This document shows, piece by piece, positions 22,701-37,700 of a stretch of DNA of 64,000 nt. Below the pieces are notes generated by a model. The model did no database searches. It was not told the origin of the DNA and saw only the letters and a program-made list of their open reading frames with translations. The translations under genes were made by a program, and so were the position numbers. Position 1 is the first letter of the stretch, and each line of letters begins with the position of its first letter. Source of the DNA: a virus (taxonomy: Duplodnaviria; Caudoviricetes). The stretch covers positions 1 through 64,000 of IMG/VR virus record IMGVR_UViG_2974731290_000001; one strand, given 5' to 3'.

Positions 22701-25700
22701 TTAAGTCTTGTGATAAATTATTTACAAAACTAGTAGCATCTTTTATTTTATATTCTCCTGCATTTATTGAATCCAAATTCATTGAACTTGCTATCCAATA
22801 ACCAAGAGCTCTTACCATTTCTTGTACATCACCAGAATTAGCTAAATATTTAAAGTCAGCGCTCTTTCCAGATTTATTATTAACAGTGTAATATAATCCT
22901 TCACCAAATAATTTTCTAAAACGTTTTTTCTTTTGTTCAGAAATTTCAATATTTGCATACTTACCTTTATTGGTATTATGAAACGTGTTTATCATATTAA
23001 CAGCACCAATAACTCCTATTCTAGGTACTAAACCTAATTCAAGTGTAAGTTGTTTAAACCATTTAAATGGTTTTTTATACCACTTAGCTTGTTTTATAGC
23101 ATCTTTATTAGTCATGTAATCCATATACATATCTGCAAACGCTTCAGCTATCTTTCTATCTGAAATATTTTTACCATTTCTTTTTCTGTACGAATCGTAA
23201 AATTCTTCACGTACATTATCTGGTAATACTAATTCCATTATTTTATGAAATGCTTCATGATATGCAACACTTCTTGGAGCATATTGTGATAGTTTTATCA
23301 TCTAATCACAACATAAACCTAATACATATTGGTTATCACCTATCTAACCTAAGAATTTTTGATGTTCGTCTGCAAAATAAACAGCATCATGATTTCCAAA
23401 AACTTTATCAAAATATTCAACTATTTTTTGTCTAAACTCTTCAGACGTTCCTGGCATAATTTCATTAACATTCTGTGTAGAATATGTTAATCCACCAAGG
23501 TTTCTAAAGTTTCTGTTTCTTAAGCGTTCGTGCTATTTTTCAACAGATTTTACAACATCTTTTTTCTCTATTCCTATCTCTTGATTCTTATCAACAATTC
23601 CAAAGTTATCAACGTTTAATTGTGTATATGATTTTCCGATAGCTCTTGTACGCAATACACCATTACGTAACATATATCCAAGCCATGTAGATCCTTGTGT
23701 ACCATCAGCGTTCTTGTGTGTAAAATCTTCTCTGTAAAAAACATAACCGTTTGGTAATTCAATTTTATCAGCATCTGTGTTTTTAAACATTTGCTTTGCT
23801 GTATAAAATACGCTATTCTATGAGTCAGACATGTTTTCGTTTAATAATTTAGCGTCAACATTGTTACTCATTCCAGATACATCTTTAATTAAATCATTGA
23901 TTTGTGTAGATATATCATACTTTTTACTGCCTATTTCTACAATACCGGTATTATTTAATACAACCCTATTGTTAGTGTTATTATATACAGATAATTTCTT
24001 TTGATTTGATAAATCTGCCATATATAATCTCTATTGTAAAAGAGAATATATATCATATCCGTTTATATTTCTATCACCACGCATATATAATTGCATTAAA
24101 TATACAAGTCGTTTTGCAGATTCTTCTCCAATTGCACCTGTTTCGATAGGAACACCTATATACTAATTATTACCAGTAGAATAAAAATAAATAACTGCTC
24201 CATTATTAATTGCTAAGTGTTGTTTCTAAAAAGTATCATCAAAACCACCAATACGTGTTCTAAGATCTGATCCAGCATATACGTCATAGAACATAGTTCC
24301 TGTATTCTTATTCATTGTAAATACAGATAAACCTATTCTATTTTCTTTAGATGTTTTTATAGTATATAAATCCTGTTCGTTTCCAAATCCTTTAAATAAA
24401 AAGTCTGTAACAAGGTGTGTCGATGCAACATTATCGTATTTAATACTACCTTTATTTGTACTTAGTGTAAAAGATATTTTTTTATTTTTATCTTCTGCTA
24501 CTATCTTTAAAGCTTGTTTTACAATCTTTGCAAACTTACGATGTACATTATTTATCTTTCTTATTCTTTCCTGTGTTTCCTCATTAGATGTAGGTTGATA
24601 ACCAGGACTAATTAATATAGGTAAATCTGCCCAGTTTTTCTTTCCATTATCATCAGTATATTCTATATACATTACAACATCACCTTCATTAATGTTATAA
24701 CCATATCCTCTACTATTTCGATATGTCTTTGGCTTATTAGCTACATAGAACGATACCTTTACTTTTTCCAAGAAATCTGGTTTTTGTGACATATTATAAT
24801 ATGCATCATTATATAACATAGCATCCCATGCAGGATTGTGTTGTGTAGATGTGGCATATAAATCTGTCCATTTTTGAGAGATTCTATTAAGTTTTTCTGC
24901 AGCATCTTTAGGAGCTTCTGGATATTCTTTATCCTCACGCATTGAAAATTGCTCATTGAAATCTCTAATTAAATCCAAGCCGTCCTGTATGTCATTTTCA
25001 AGTATTTGTTTCTGTGTAACATCTTGTATATATGTAGTATTAAATTTCTAAGCATTATCTATAAGCTTAGCAAAATAATTATTTAATAGTATATCATACC
25101 ATTCTTGTAATACAGGTCTATTATGTAAGTCATTTAAAACATGCTCATGAAGTGTTTTTGTCCAGTTTTTAATTGTATTATGTAATTGGAAATATTTCTC
25201 ACCTATACCTTTTACAGTTCTTGATGTATTATCTCCTGTACCAGTATTATCTATTACAAAATCTTCAAGCCACCACTTTTGAACAAACTTAGACATTTCA
25301 CCAAAATTAACAGTATTTTCTGCAAGTTTCTCCATAGCAGAAGCTATTAACTCTTGTTCACGTGTTACATCTACTACATTAGTATTAGGATCTTTTAACA
25401 CCATATCTAATGCTTTTTGTGCGTCAAATACACATTGATATAGTTTCTTAACGTTATCTTTTTCTTCTTGTGTAGTAGCCTTTAAACCTGGAATATTAGT
25501 TAAAGTACAATCTAATTCATTGCATATATCAGATAAATAATTTATTTTATCTTCTACTTCTTGTGGAATTAAGTCTTGATTCTTAAATAACTCTTCGAAT
25601 GAAACATCAAAATATTCTTTATTTTTAGATTTCTCAATAAAATCGTTTATTTCACCTATCTTTCCAATAACATCATCATATTTATTAGAAAGTTCCTTGA

Positions 25701-28700
25701 AATATGTGTTATATTGTTCAGCTGTATATTGTTGAGAAACAGTTAATTCATTAAGTTTATTAAACCGATTGTTGTTTATACTGTCTACAATACTGTTGTA
25801 TATTTTTATTTGTTCATTAATACGAATAATTTGTTCAACTGCTTTTTCATGTTCTTCGGTAAGATCTACTTCATTTTCATGTCCCAATTTTGTTGATATA
25901 TGCATATAGTTGATTTTGCCATCCGTTTTTTGTACAAATATTGTAGGAAGGTTTTCTATATCACATGTCACAGGTAATACAGATAAAGACTTTGTTATCT
26001 ATCCGAATTTACTTAATAATATATCTTCTATTTGATGAAGTATGTTTTCTTCTCTCTAATGTATTGTATAATTAGCTTTACGTCCTGGTTTATAGTCCCA
26101 CCTTGATTTTATGTCAATATACGAAGATAAAATATCTATTACATGAATATCTTTGTTTTTATCTATAACTATAATATCAGCTTGTACAGAATTTCTAGTA
26201 TTTGTATCATACAACATCTAATTGGTATTTATTATTTGATATCCTAAATCATCAAAAGACTTCTTCAACGATGTCATATCTGCTATAAATTCCTCGTATC
26301 CAGAAAAACCAGAAATATTACGTACAGCAGAATTATCACCTACAAGAATTCCTATTGCAGCACTTCTAACAAGTTCTCCTGCAATTATACCAGGACTAGG
26401 TTTATAATTGTATATATGTACTATAATAGCTTGTTCGATACCTTCAGTATTTCTATATTTTACATATGTCTATATTGGAAAACCTTCTGGAGCTATTTGT
26501 TTTAATGCATTTTCAAAAGATTCATCCGATGTATTAAGCTATTTAAGTTTTTTAGCTTGTTCTTCATAGAACGAAATTGTTTCATCTGTAAAATATAACT
26601 TATCTTGTTGATTTTTACATACTACAACACTACCATCTTCAGTCTATACAATAGTATTAAAATACGTAGATATATCTTTTATTATATTTTGATTATCTTT
26701 GTTTATTGTATTCTATATAGTATTATATAACTGTGCTGCTGGCTCGATTTGATGCGGAGCTGTGTATCCATAAGAAGCTATTTCTTCAGGAGAACTTAAA
26801 TTATTCAATATGTCAGAATTAAATATAGCCTGTTTTGCAGCATATTTACTATATAATTCTTTTATTGCTGGCAATACACTATCTATATCTATATCTTCTG
26901 CAATTTCTTTAAGTTCTTCCACAAACTAAGCTATTTTATATGTAGAAGTTTTTGCTTGCTATAAGAGATAATTAGCTGCTTGAGCTAATTGAGGAAGAGC
27001 TGGAATAAAAGAACCATATGCATTTCTTCTAAGTTTCTTTTTATTCTTTTCATATACCTCTTTAGCCTTTGCTTTACGACGTTCATATTTTTCTTTAGCT
27101 TTAGCTAAATTAGAGTTTCGCTTTTCTCTGGTAGAATCCCACTTTGTTTCAGATGCAGGCTTAGACTCTACAGTTGTTGTAGAATCACTAGGATCAAATG
27201 GTATATGATCATCCGGTTTTATACTTTCTGTTTTAGTATTTTTGCGCTCAGCTTCTTCCTATAGAGATTCCATATATTTATTTATAATATCGCCTTCAAA
27301 CGCATCAGATGCCATCCAATTTAACTTAGCATTTTCTCTGTCTGCTTCACGTATTTTATTTACACGAGTCTTATATTCATTGTTTTTTACATCTTCTGGA
27401 TTATATGGAGTTGTAATATCTTCGTTTCGTATAGACTCAGCTTTATCGGTATCTCCAGACATTAATGCTGCAATATATCTACGATCTCTATCCATACCTT
27501 TTTTATACTAGGTGGGATTATATTCGTACTTGTCTCCATTCTTAACAAGACCGTATTGAAATTGATTAATATACGATTGTGTTACAGCTCTGTCAGCTGC
27601 AAGAGCTACACTATTTAATTCAAGTTGTTGAATATCATCCTAGTTTACAGTAGATACATCATTTATAGCTTCTAGTGCATCGAGTAAGTCTGCGTCAGTT
27701 TTTCCTAAATTTATATTTGGATCAAGCTACTTTAAAGCGCGCTTAGTTTCTTCTATCTATGCAATGGTACTATTTAATATAGTCTTAGCATCTGGGCGCT
27801 TTGTCTTTAATTTAAGTTTGTCTGATAAAAAATTAAAGAAATCTTGTGCAGAATTCTGTTGACCTTTAAATTTAAGAAGCGCTTTAAGTCTATTTACAAG
27901 TCTTGTTTTTTCACGAACATACTCTCTATAATTTATTAAACCTTCTTCTTCTACTTTGTCTTGAGCTTCTTTTCTTATTTTTTCAAGACCTAAATTAAAT
28001 TCCGGATCTTTCGTATCTTTTCCATCCTTTTTAGCTTGTTCTATTGCATCTTTTACAGCTTTATTTCCAGCTTGTATTCTTTTTTGTGACAATGCTAAAT
28101 CTAAAGATAAATCACCTGCTCTTGCTGCAGTTACAATATTATCTATATCATTATTAAGTTCATTATTTTGATATGCACTCCTTAAATTAGCATCATTTTC
28201 AGATCTTTGTTTTTCGTTTTGTTCCTATTGAGATTGTAAATCATATATGTCTGCAATAGCTGTAGCATATTCTTTAGTACCATATTCAATACCTTTAGCT
28301 TTTAATTGCTGTTTAAGCTTTTCATTTTTAGTTAAAGATATAATTTTATTTGCAGCATCTATCTTTTCGTCGTAATCATCTTGAGTATAAATAGTGTTTT
28401 CTCTGCGTCTGTCGTTTTGATACATAGTCTACATAGACTCTATTACTTCAGCACCTCTACCATTCATAGCTTGTTCTGCAAACGCAACATTAGCTGCCCT
28501 ATCAAGACGATTTCTTTCTCTATTCATAACAGCTGACTGTCTTATAAACTGATCCGTTTTATACTATCTAACAGCATTTTTAACATTTCCGTAAAAGTTT
28601 ATAAGTTGTCCTGGATGAAAACCTCCCATACCACCTAAGGCAAATCCACCTTTTACGTTCTACCAAAATTCAAGATCATCATCTAATTTAGAATTACCAA

Positions 28701-31182
28701 TACCCATTAATGATAAATATGCTTCAGCAACTCTTCCACCTTGTACAAAATCATTTATAATAAGGTCTCCTAAAGATGCATTACCAAAACCATACTTAGA
28801 TGCGAAGTCTTCTTTTGAATTCAAATATTGAACACCTTCTTCTGCACCTTCGGATGTAGCCTGCATAAATCCTCTTCTTGCAGCATTTAATCCATATCTA
28901 GCACCTATTCGCATCCAATCTTTAGGTAATAATTTATCATATATATTTTGATACTTGTTCATAATTTGGTCACCATATCTTCTTACAAATGCTTTTGCCT
29001 AAGGTGTTAAAAGTTTAGAACCATAATGTGCAACTTCTCTTGCTGCAGCACCAGCAGCACCAAAAGCAATTCGTCCTCCATAACCAAATCCAAGAGATTC
29101 TCCTATAGCAGAACCTGTATCGTAACCAGAACTCATTCTGCTTTTAAATGTACTAGTAGGTCTTCTAAATCCATTTGCATATCTTTCTGCAGTCTATTCT
29201 GCAGCATTGCTGACAGCTTCACCAGATACTTTAGATATTATTTTTCCAGCTTTTGTTTTAGCTACTTTATTAACAAGTTTCTTTGATAAAACTTTACCAC
29301 CATCAAGTACAACATCTCCTGCTTTAGCTAGAGGTTTAGTCGGTAAGAAGTTCATAGCAAGCTATATAGGCATTTCACCCATTGTTCTTACATTATCTGC
29401 CCAAAACTATGCTTTAAGACCTTTATTTGAGTTTAACATTGCTTCTTGTAATCGAGGGTCATTATTTTTAGTAAGTCCCATTACAAGATCTCTCAATGCA
29501 TTTTTATCATCTTCTTCTGTACCAGAATTATATCTTTCGTTTATCCAATCTTTAGAATAACCATGTTTTGTATAATACTAAATACTTTGTTTTTTTAAAT
29601 CACCTAAAATGTCACTTTTTGATTTAGGATCATCATTAAAGAAAGATAACTCCTTTATAGATTCATATAGATTATCTACTTTCTTCTATCCTGTTTCTGC
29701 ATAGTTTTCATCAAAACCTCCTTTTATCTGTCCTGGAATAGCTAAAGCACCTCCAATATTAGTTACAGCTGCTCCAGCAACAGGTGATCCTAACATTGAT
29801 ACAGCAGCTCCAGCAGCTAAAGATCCATACTATATTAAGTTAGATTTAATTTGATCCATTGAAGAATTAGAACTTCCGATCATTCCTGGAGCAACATAAA
29901 ACCGATAATCTGGACTAAACAATGATGCATCCTAATGAATCTATTTTCCTTTTTTATATGCTTCAGATACTCTCCAATAATCATTATATTGATCATTTAA
30001 TTTAGAGGTTTCTAAATAATCATTCTAAAGTTCTTTATTTTCAGCATCAATCTACTATTTCAGATGTTCTGTAACTTTTAAATCTTTATCTAGTTTTTGC
30101 TATATAGACTTTGGTTCTTCATTTTTATTTTTTGGAGAGTTATATACCTGTATACCAAACTGAGGAAGGCTCATATAAGATCCTTTATTACCTTCTGTTT
30201 GATTATTGTTTGCTATTTTTTCATCATATTCACGTAATAATTCAGCTCTTCTTGCAGCTCTATATTCTGCGCTCTTCTTAAGTTTATTATAGGTACCAAG
30301 ATAATTTAATAGTTTTACAGAATCCCATAATTCTCCTGCAATATATCCTCCAAGACCTCCATGATTAAGAACATAATCTATTTTATATTCTTCATCAAGT
30401 TCTTTTAACTGAGGATTATTCATCTTCTATTTAAGAAGATTTATTTGATTATTGTATTCGCTTATTTGTTTCTTTACCTCATTATAGCGTTGTCTGAATC
30501 TAGGATCATTTTTAGAATTAGGTTGAGATACTGTTTCTGCTAAAAGATCCTTTTGGTTTTCAATAATATCAATATTTTTTTGTATATTTAATCTTTGTAT
30601 ATGAGCATCAGCCTAACTCTTAGTTAAGTCGTTAAAATTCTTTTGACTAGCTATTGACTCTAAATGATTTGAAGTAGCATCACCAACAAGACTTCCTATC
30701 ATGTTGTTAAAATTATACATACCCTTAAGTATGTCTCTCCATGAGTTAGATGCTCCTTCTTTATTGTAACCCATTTTAACAAGATTCCTCGCAAGAACAC
30801 CCTTATAACCATCACCATGTTCAGCTAATTCGTTTACCCAATTTGTAAATTCTTGTTCGTACTCTTTATCATTCTGTTCAGCATTACGTTTGTGTTTTTC
30901 AGCGATTTTTTTATCTAATTCTTCGTAATTACGTTTGCGTTTTTCAGCGGTTTTTTTAGATTCAGCTTTCTGATTTTCTATAAACTATCTGTATCTAGCT
31001 TCTTGATTTTCTCTGTCAGTTCTAGTTTTTACAGCTTTTCTTACTATATTACTTGCTTTATCTATAGATGAATTCCCAGGCGTAGTAAAACGCTTGGGAA
31101 CTATTTTATTCATCTATTCAAATGGATTTGTTTTTTTAAATCCATAACCTAAATTAGGTATTCCTATTTTATTATATTCCAT
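13777..31182 (-). CDS. giant virion RNA-polymerase polyprotein (~5,800 aa, TAG=Gln)
   Basis: About 24 track ORFs are all in one frame, and the gaps I translated contain only TAG. Catalytic GSDFDIDHLY and GYRIPTQ (~18.5-18.6 kb), zincin HEAFH (~23.25 kb), Gly-rich hydrophobic helices (28.6-29.8 kb). ATG at 31182. Confidence 0.8.
30884..30958. repeat. imperfect direct repeat, 45-bp period (KK.AEK.KRN)
   Basis: TTACGTTTG(T/C)GTTTTTCAGCG(A/G)TTTTTTT occurs at 30884 and 30929. Confidence 0.6.
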
Positions 31183-31184
31183 AA

Positions 31185-32585
31185 TTAAGGCTCTAAATAT
31201 TTTTTAGTATATTGGTAATCTTTCTCAAATACTTCCATTTGTACAACACCTTTACTTCCTCTAGGTTTTATTATTTTAAATTTAGGTATTTGTTTTCCAT
31301 TACTATCAGTATTATATCCAGATTGATATTTTATAGATCCGGAAATATAATATCTAGTTTTTCCACGCTTATCTGTTTTTGCATGAAGTTCTCCAGCAGG
31401 TTCAAAATAGAAGTCAGAAGCACTTTGTGGTAATTTAAATTTAATTCTATAATTAGGTGTTTTTCCATATACACTATTCGTAGTATAGAATAAATTGTTC
31501 ACTTTATCTTTAGGTATGTTATAACTCTTAAATCTACCTTGATCATCATATATTTCTTTAATTCCTGCGCCAGGTGACGAATTAATCTTTAAATATTTTG
31601 TATCTTTCGTATCATAGTGAACAGAACCTGTTCCATTATTATCAGCACCTCTAAATATATTCTATGTTATATCTTCAACTTGTTTTAGTTTATTAGCATA
31701 TTTATAATCAGTAGCAGCATTAGCAGCATGTTCTCTAATACCTTGATCTGCTCTATATTTAGTTAAAGCAAATTCATCAGCATCTTTTTCTGAATATATA
31801 CGTTTAGCTTGTGAATGAGCAACATCTTTTATAAACTACTAATCTATTTGATCTTGTGTAACATATGGATTTTCATGTCGCATCTTATTACTAAGAACAT
31901 TATAATAATATCCTCCTAATGGATCATTTTTAAGATATTGTGCTTTTTCTTTAGCGACATTTAATAAATCATTTTCATCAATACCTTTATATCTATAACC
32001 ACCTTTAGTTCCTTTATCGCTAGCATTCATACCACTGTATATAGGATCTGATAATTCAGTAAGAGTCATATATTCTTCAGGTGATGTTCTAGTCCATATT
32101 CCATTTTTAAGTGTATCGTAATCCTCAAACGATGGAATACCAAGCTATTTTAATGCATAATCTTCATAATCCTTATTATATTTGCGTTTAGTTGAAAGAT
32201 TTGCTCTATTTATAAGATATTGTTTTGCTGCTTCTGCGCCCATTTTGAGTTTCTATAACTCACCATATGGTATTGAATTTATAGCTTTCTATATCTATGC
32301 TCTACCTTCAATAGATCTTAGCATATCTGGACCATATTTATTCATAACTTCACGTATAGCACCATTTGTAAGTTTGTCCCAATTCTCATTATCTTTAGCA
32401 AAAGGACTATAGAAATCTCCATACTCTTTTCTAAAGTCCTTTAAATCCTTTTGTGTCTATAGATAATCTTCTCGTAATGCGTTTACATAATTCTATTGGG
32501 CATTATATACCATTTGTGCCATTCGTGGATCAAACACGTCGTCTATCTAATAAACAATGGGCTATTCTTTTCCTAATATATCCAT
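31185..32585 (-). CDS. putative virion internal/cargo protein (466 aa, TAG=Gln)
   Basis: In-frame fragments join from ATG 32585 (MDILGKEQPIVY) to TAA 31185. Confidence 0.65.
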
Positions 32586-32587
32586 AA

Positions 32588-34762
32588 TTATTTTAAGTTA
32601 TTCATATATGATTTTATCTGCATCATTCTGTCTAGTCTAGAAAACGGATTAATTCCAGGAATTGATGCATTGAGTGGCATAAACTAATTATATTTTAATT
32701 GCGGGAGTGTCGGTTTTACAAGCTTGTTGTAAAACGCATTTTTTGCGTTTTGCTTTGCTTCTCTTCGAAATTGTCTGCCAAGTTTTCGTAAATTAATTTC
32801 AATCGGTTTTTTATTTACAGGAGTTTGAACATTATTGTCTTCTGAGTTTATTCCACCCTCTTTTGCATAAAGATCTAACATCTTATTATTATATTGTTCG
32901 CTCTTATATTGCTAATAGTTATCAAATAAATTTTTAGTAAATCCAGATATTGAATTAAGTATACCTTGATTAGCACTTTCAATACCTCTAAGTCGTTGCG
33001 CAGTAGCTTCTCTAACTCTTTCTTGTTGTACTTGATTAGCTTGTTGTCTGGCTGCAGCATCACGAGCACCTTCCTACAATAATGCTTGAGCATATTGCTG
33101 ACGATACTTATTGTTTGTTTCATTTGCAGCAGCATAAGTATCAGAAAGATTACTCATATATGAATTATTAAGTGCTGCACGCTATACCATTTTTTGACCA
33201 GGTGATAATGCACCACCGTTATTAATTCCATACAACCCCTGTCTGTATGCATCATTTATCGCATTTACCGAGTTGTATGGATCATATCTAAGTGAGTTTA
33301 ACTCGTTAAGTGCAGTGTTTGCTGATTCATTTCTAGCGTATGGAGACTGCGAACTTATCGGAGAATTCTTATACATATTTCGCTAATTTATAGCGGTAGC
33401 AAGCCCAAATGCGGAAGGTATAGATGTCAGTATTGAATTTGTTATATAATCTTTACCTACATCATATGATCCCATTGGCATTGTATTGTACATATTATGT
33501 TGTATTTTCTATCTATTCATTATTTCCTTACCTTCTTTTAATAATTGCTATTTATATAGATTAGCCTGTGTCAAATTTAATTCTTTTGTTTTGTCACTTC
33601 CGTTTCCTCGCTATATTTTATCTATAAGCTTATTTGTTTTCTCTACTTCTTGTGCAGGTTTAGCTGCCTAATCTGCGAAACTTATACCATTTGTTAAGTC
33701 AATATCATTTCCTGCAATATAGATATGGTCTCCATTTTGTGCTGATGTAAACTAATCATCAGCTCTCTTTACCCCTTTGCTTACATACGATGCAGTTCCA
33801 TTTACAAAATCCCACTAAGATTCTCCTTTACCGATACGACCGTTTATTGGACCATATTGTTCACCTTCCGGTGTCCATACCTTACCGAATGCTGGAACAT
33901 GCTTTTCATCAGTCTTACTTCTATATGAATCTTTTCCATTGTCTGCACTATATAATGTTGAAGTTGGATTATTGTTCTTATAATAATCATTTAGTACAGA
34001 CTATGATTTAGCCACACTCATGCTTTGTCTATTTGCCAACGTGTTAGAAAAATTTACATTTCTAATTCTACGCTCAAGTTTTCTTTTTCTATGTCCGCCT
34101 CCAAACAATGATCCAAAAAATCCAGTTATTGCTCCTGCAACTCCTCCAATAGCAGTACCAAGAGGTCCAAACATACTTCCTAAACCAGCACCTGCCGACA
34201 TTCCAGCTGTCGTATTTTTTAATCTTGAAGCTTGTTCTTTTTTTCTAAACATACGCATTTCATTACCAACATCGATGCCTCCGTATGCGTTATATGCAAC
34301 TCCGTTTACATTATTTGTTAAAGTAGTTGCTCTACTAGCGATATCTGAAGAACTTGCAATATTATTTTTCATATCGGCAAAACCTCTGATCATATTAAAT
34401 GTTCCATATGCAGCTTGTAATGCTCCAAGTGCTTTTCCTACACCACTGGCTGCACCACTGGCTGCACCACTGGCTGACGTATTAGCTGCAGATTTAGCCA
34501 TAGAATTGGCCACTGTTGTTGTTATTGGCTATACAATTGATGATGCTGCTGTAGTTCCCATATTTTCTAATGCATCTTTCAACTACTAATCGAGTATTTG
34601 TTTGTAGTATTCAGATGAGGTATTTAATTGCATCGATGGCTATTGCACATTCTACTCAGTATCACGTCCACTTGTTGTATCATCAGTAGGATCGTATGTA
34701 TTTTTATCAGACAAATCGTATTTAGGTAAATATTTATACTTTAAGTATCCTCTTTTTCTCAT
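32588..34762 (-). CDS. putative ejected/pilot protein with glycine-zipper membrane segment (724 aa, TAG=Gln)
   Basis: Frame-consistent fragments, with the central gap read through TAGs only; GAGLGSMFGPLGTAIGGVAGAITGFFG segment. Confidence 0.7.
34441..34476. repeat. 12-bp tandem repeat x3 encoding ASGA
   Basis: CACCACTGGCTG repeated three times. Confidence 0.75.
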
Positions 34763-34763
34763 T

Positions 34764-37700
34764 TTAATTATATGATTTTCTAGTTTTAGTTATTATATTA
34801 TATATTGAAGATTTCTTTGAAGGATTAAGATCTGTATATGTTTCAACCATCCATCTTCCTCGCATTCTCCTACCATATTCATTCATATATACATCTGTAG
34901 ATGTGTTTTTATCATCGCAAGTTCTTGGTATCGGATAACATACACTACCTTCTCTATCTGTAACAAATGTATCTGTATCAGAAACATACGATTCTCCTTT
35001 ATACATATCGGTAAATACTTTTAGTTTTCTATCTTTGAAGAACTGATTATTTTCAAGTGTATCTGTACCGTATCTATTAGAATATTGTATCTATTGGTTA
35101 TCAAATATTTTTACACTGTTTGTATCATTATTAATCACAAATTGTATTGACATTGGTTTTAGATATTGTATATCGGAGTTATCTCTATTAATAGAATATT
35201 TTTGTATTATACCTTTGTTGGTGTAATTACCATCATCAATTAGTTCAAACTTACATACGTAGCCAAGTATATTATAAAATCCTAAGAATTTATGTTTTTC
35301 AACTTCTGCGTCGGTGTATTCAGAAATAAGTGTTTGAGCAAAAGAGTATTTAGTATTAAATATAATAGAGTAATACTAATCGTTCACTTTTAGATTTCCA
35401 AAATACAATTCACTTCTCATATTATCAAATACGATTTTTGGGGGCAATATGTGCCGTTTTTCTGCACCATCTTTTATTTGTACATCATAATAATTATTAA
35501 TAATATTAGATACATTTGTCTAACTACTATAATTTATACAATTAAGTGTGTCAAATGAATTTATCTTTGTTTTAATCTGGCATATACAGTTATTATAATA
35601 ATCAAACCAATATATTGCATCACTCGTTCCAATTTTACACATATCCATGTACCTCATTCCATAAGAAGAAGAAATGTAGTTTATATTTTTTAAAATGTCG
35701 GAAGTTCCAATAATAATATTTTCACCAGACGTATTTTGCATTGTTTGTTTTTCATTTATAGATAACGTTCCAATGCCATTTTCCTAAAATACATATGTTT
35801 TATTATCGTATGTAAATAAATCCGTAATCCTTCCTAATTTATCATTTCCGTCGATAAAATTAGCCACTTTATAAATATGCCAATTATCTGTATTTTCACC
35901 ATTTGTTTTTGGATTAGAGTAAAATATTCTTTGTGGAAAATTAACAACAGACTCTTCATATGATTCAGCATTAAAAACACTATTTGAGAAATCGTTGTCT
36001 GAATATATTGAAGCATATTCATACGCCTGATTTTCTTGCGCACCCTAATTTTCCAATGAATAAGGTTGAATTTCTACACTAGTAAACTAATCATTGTTAA
36101 CTTCTCCATAGGTTAACTTTTCATTAACTAAACTATACATTGGAATTTTATTTCTAATTTGCGTTGACTGTAGATTATTATAATAGTCAGTAAAATCATA
36201 TATTTTGTGTGCAGATATTATATTATATTTTTGAAAGTAATGTAATCCATCAAATACATAATTTTTTTTATCAATATTAACAGAATTTCCGAAATCATAA
36301 TATATATCATACTACATTTCGTCTTTTGTTTTTCCAGAGAATTGTTGTACTTCATGTGTTAAGTCACAAATATAACTACATAAGTATCGCTAAGAAGCCA
36401 GTGGAGTAAGGGGTGTTTTTGCAAGAGCTATAAATGATCTTCCTCCTACACATAATGGCCCATAAGCTTCAATATGAAGATTATTGTCCTTCCACGTATA
36501 TTCTCTAAAGTTTTTCCAGTTATAACTTATACCAGTATTCCATTTAAAATTAAACTAAAATAGTGCAGACGAATCATCTCCTGGATCCCCATCATACTTA
36601 CCAAATGAAGCAAAATTTACAAAACTGTTTGATCCAACAGCCTAAACAAAATTTGTGTATTTTTTTATAGCATCATTCACAACAGTTCCGTTACGTTTTA
36701 CTTCTGTAAACGCGTCATTCCATTTAAGTTCTTTGACTTGATTTACTTTTTGAAGTTCTACGGTATCGTATTTAACATTTCCAGCATTAAAGATATCGTA
36801 ATTATACTAATACTGTGATTGTTTTTCTGCGCCACGACATTTAATTTTGCTTCTGTTGATTACATTAAATATTCCTTTTGCTAGATCATTTCTATTAACA
36901 TCGTTGAGTTTTTTATCTAAATGTATGTCACTGCCCCAATTATCATCAGCATATAATAGATCACATGCTGATCTTATATAATATTTTACAGACATATTTT
37001 GTACAGATCCTGTTATTTTTGTATATATGCTATCATTTATGTGATTGATTTCGGGAGAATATAGTTGATATAATTTAGGAACATTCTGTTTTACTTCACC
37101 TGTTCCAGGATAACATCCATTTGGCCATGGCGGTATACCATAACCGAGTCCTATGCATATATTGTTAATAGTTATAAAACCTAATGAATAATATGGACTG
37201 TATAAACGGTTTTCAGCGCTAATATCATCACCTCCGTTATTTACCTATTGATCCTATCGCATTACATTACTAACAACCACCTATCCTAATATTCTTGTAT
37301 AAATATCACGTTTTTTACACCTAACTATGATGTACTTGCATATGTTATTTTTTATAAGTTGCTCTGTCTAAATAACACTAAACTGGATACCTATTATTGG
37401 TAGCTTCCCGTTATGTATCCCACTTGTATATATATCTTCTAGTATATTAGGTGCTTTTATATCGGCAATCCAGTGAACATTACTTCGTTTTCCTTCTTTA
37501 TTATAAAATACAATACCATATCTATAGGTCTCTCCTGGCATGAGAGTTCTAAATAAACTAGATACAAATATATCATTGTATCCTGCATCACATGGAAATT
37601 TAATTTGTACACCTTTTTCTTTTATCAATCCATTAACAGATCCAGATGCAGAATAATCATATAATGAGTATTTTCCATCACGAGTCTTATTTAAATAATA

